DNA of 64,000 nucleotides from Camelus ferus (lineage: Eukaryota): contig NC_045696.1 of the NCBI RefSeq assembly GCF_009834535.1, positions 64,358,001 through 64,422,000 of the forward strand. Direction: 5' to 3'. The notes under the pieces were generated by a model that was not told the origin of the DNA, did not search any database, and saw only the letters and a list, made by a program, of their open reading frames with translations. Position numbers and translations under genes: made by a program. Below, piece after piece: positions 63,829 to 64,000 of this stretch; position 1 is the stretch's first letter, and each line of letters opens with the position of its first letter.

Positions 63829-64000
63829 AATGGAACATTATAAGGAGGATAATTCCTACCCTGCCTACTTCGCAGAACTCTTATATGAGAGAACAATGAC
63901 TCCGAGACACTGCTCACTCAGAAGTCTAAAGGTGTATTATTTTCTGTGTGATGTAGCTCGGAGCTCAATGCTGATTGCGTAATGAACACAATTGAAATGG

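Noticed and set aside
1..64000. Prokaryotic-type systems (operons, CRISPR arrays, defence loci)
   Set aside because: Mammalian repeat landscape, no gene-dense ORFs and no regularly spaced repeat-spacer array

Overview
Non-coding, repeat-rich mammalian genomic DNA, either a large intron or an intergenic region, with no prokaryotic features. It is almost certainly from a camelid (alpaca, llama or camel): it carries three copies of a tRNA-derived SINE matching the camelid Vic-1 type and several TSD-flanked camelid-type L1 3' ends. The only recognisable protein-coding sequence is a full-length processed retrocopy of RPL24 (49300-49865). Its 157-codon ORF is intact but shows a CpG-decay substitution pattern, and it sits inside an old L2. 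The rest is a layered record of transposable elements: MIR, L2, L3/CR1, hAT MITEs (MER5, MER58, MER81, MER96, MER102), MaLR/ERVL/ERV1 solo LTRs, old L1M blocks and young L1/SINE insertions. I found no convincing new gene system. The most unusual structures are by-products of L1 retrotransposition: a tailless, TSD-flanked 58-bp copy of what appears to be an L1 5' terminus, three 5'-inverted (twin-primed) L1 inserts (one possibly with a target deletion), and a triple head-to-tail repeat of one L1 ORF2 interval. A few splice-competent candidate exons and CTCF/enhancer-like motifs are reported at low confidence. Repeat family names come from recalled consensus sequences, not a database search, and boundaries without TSDs are approximate.
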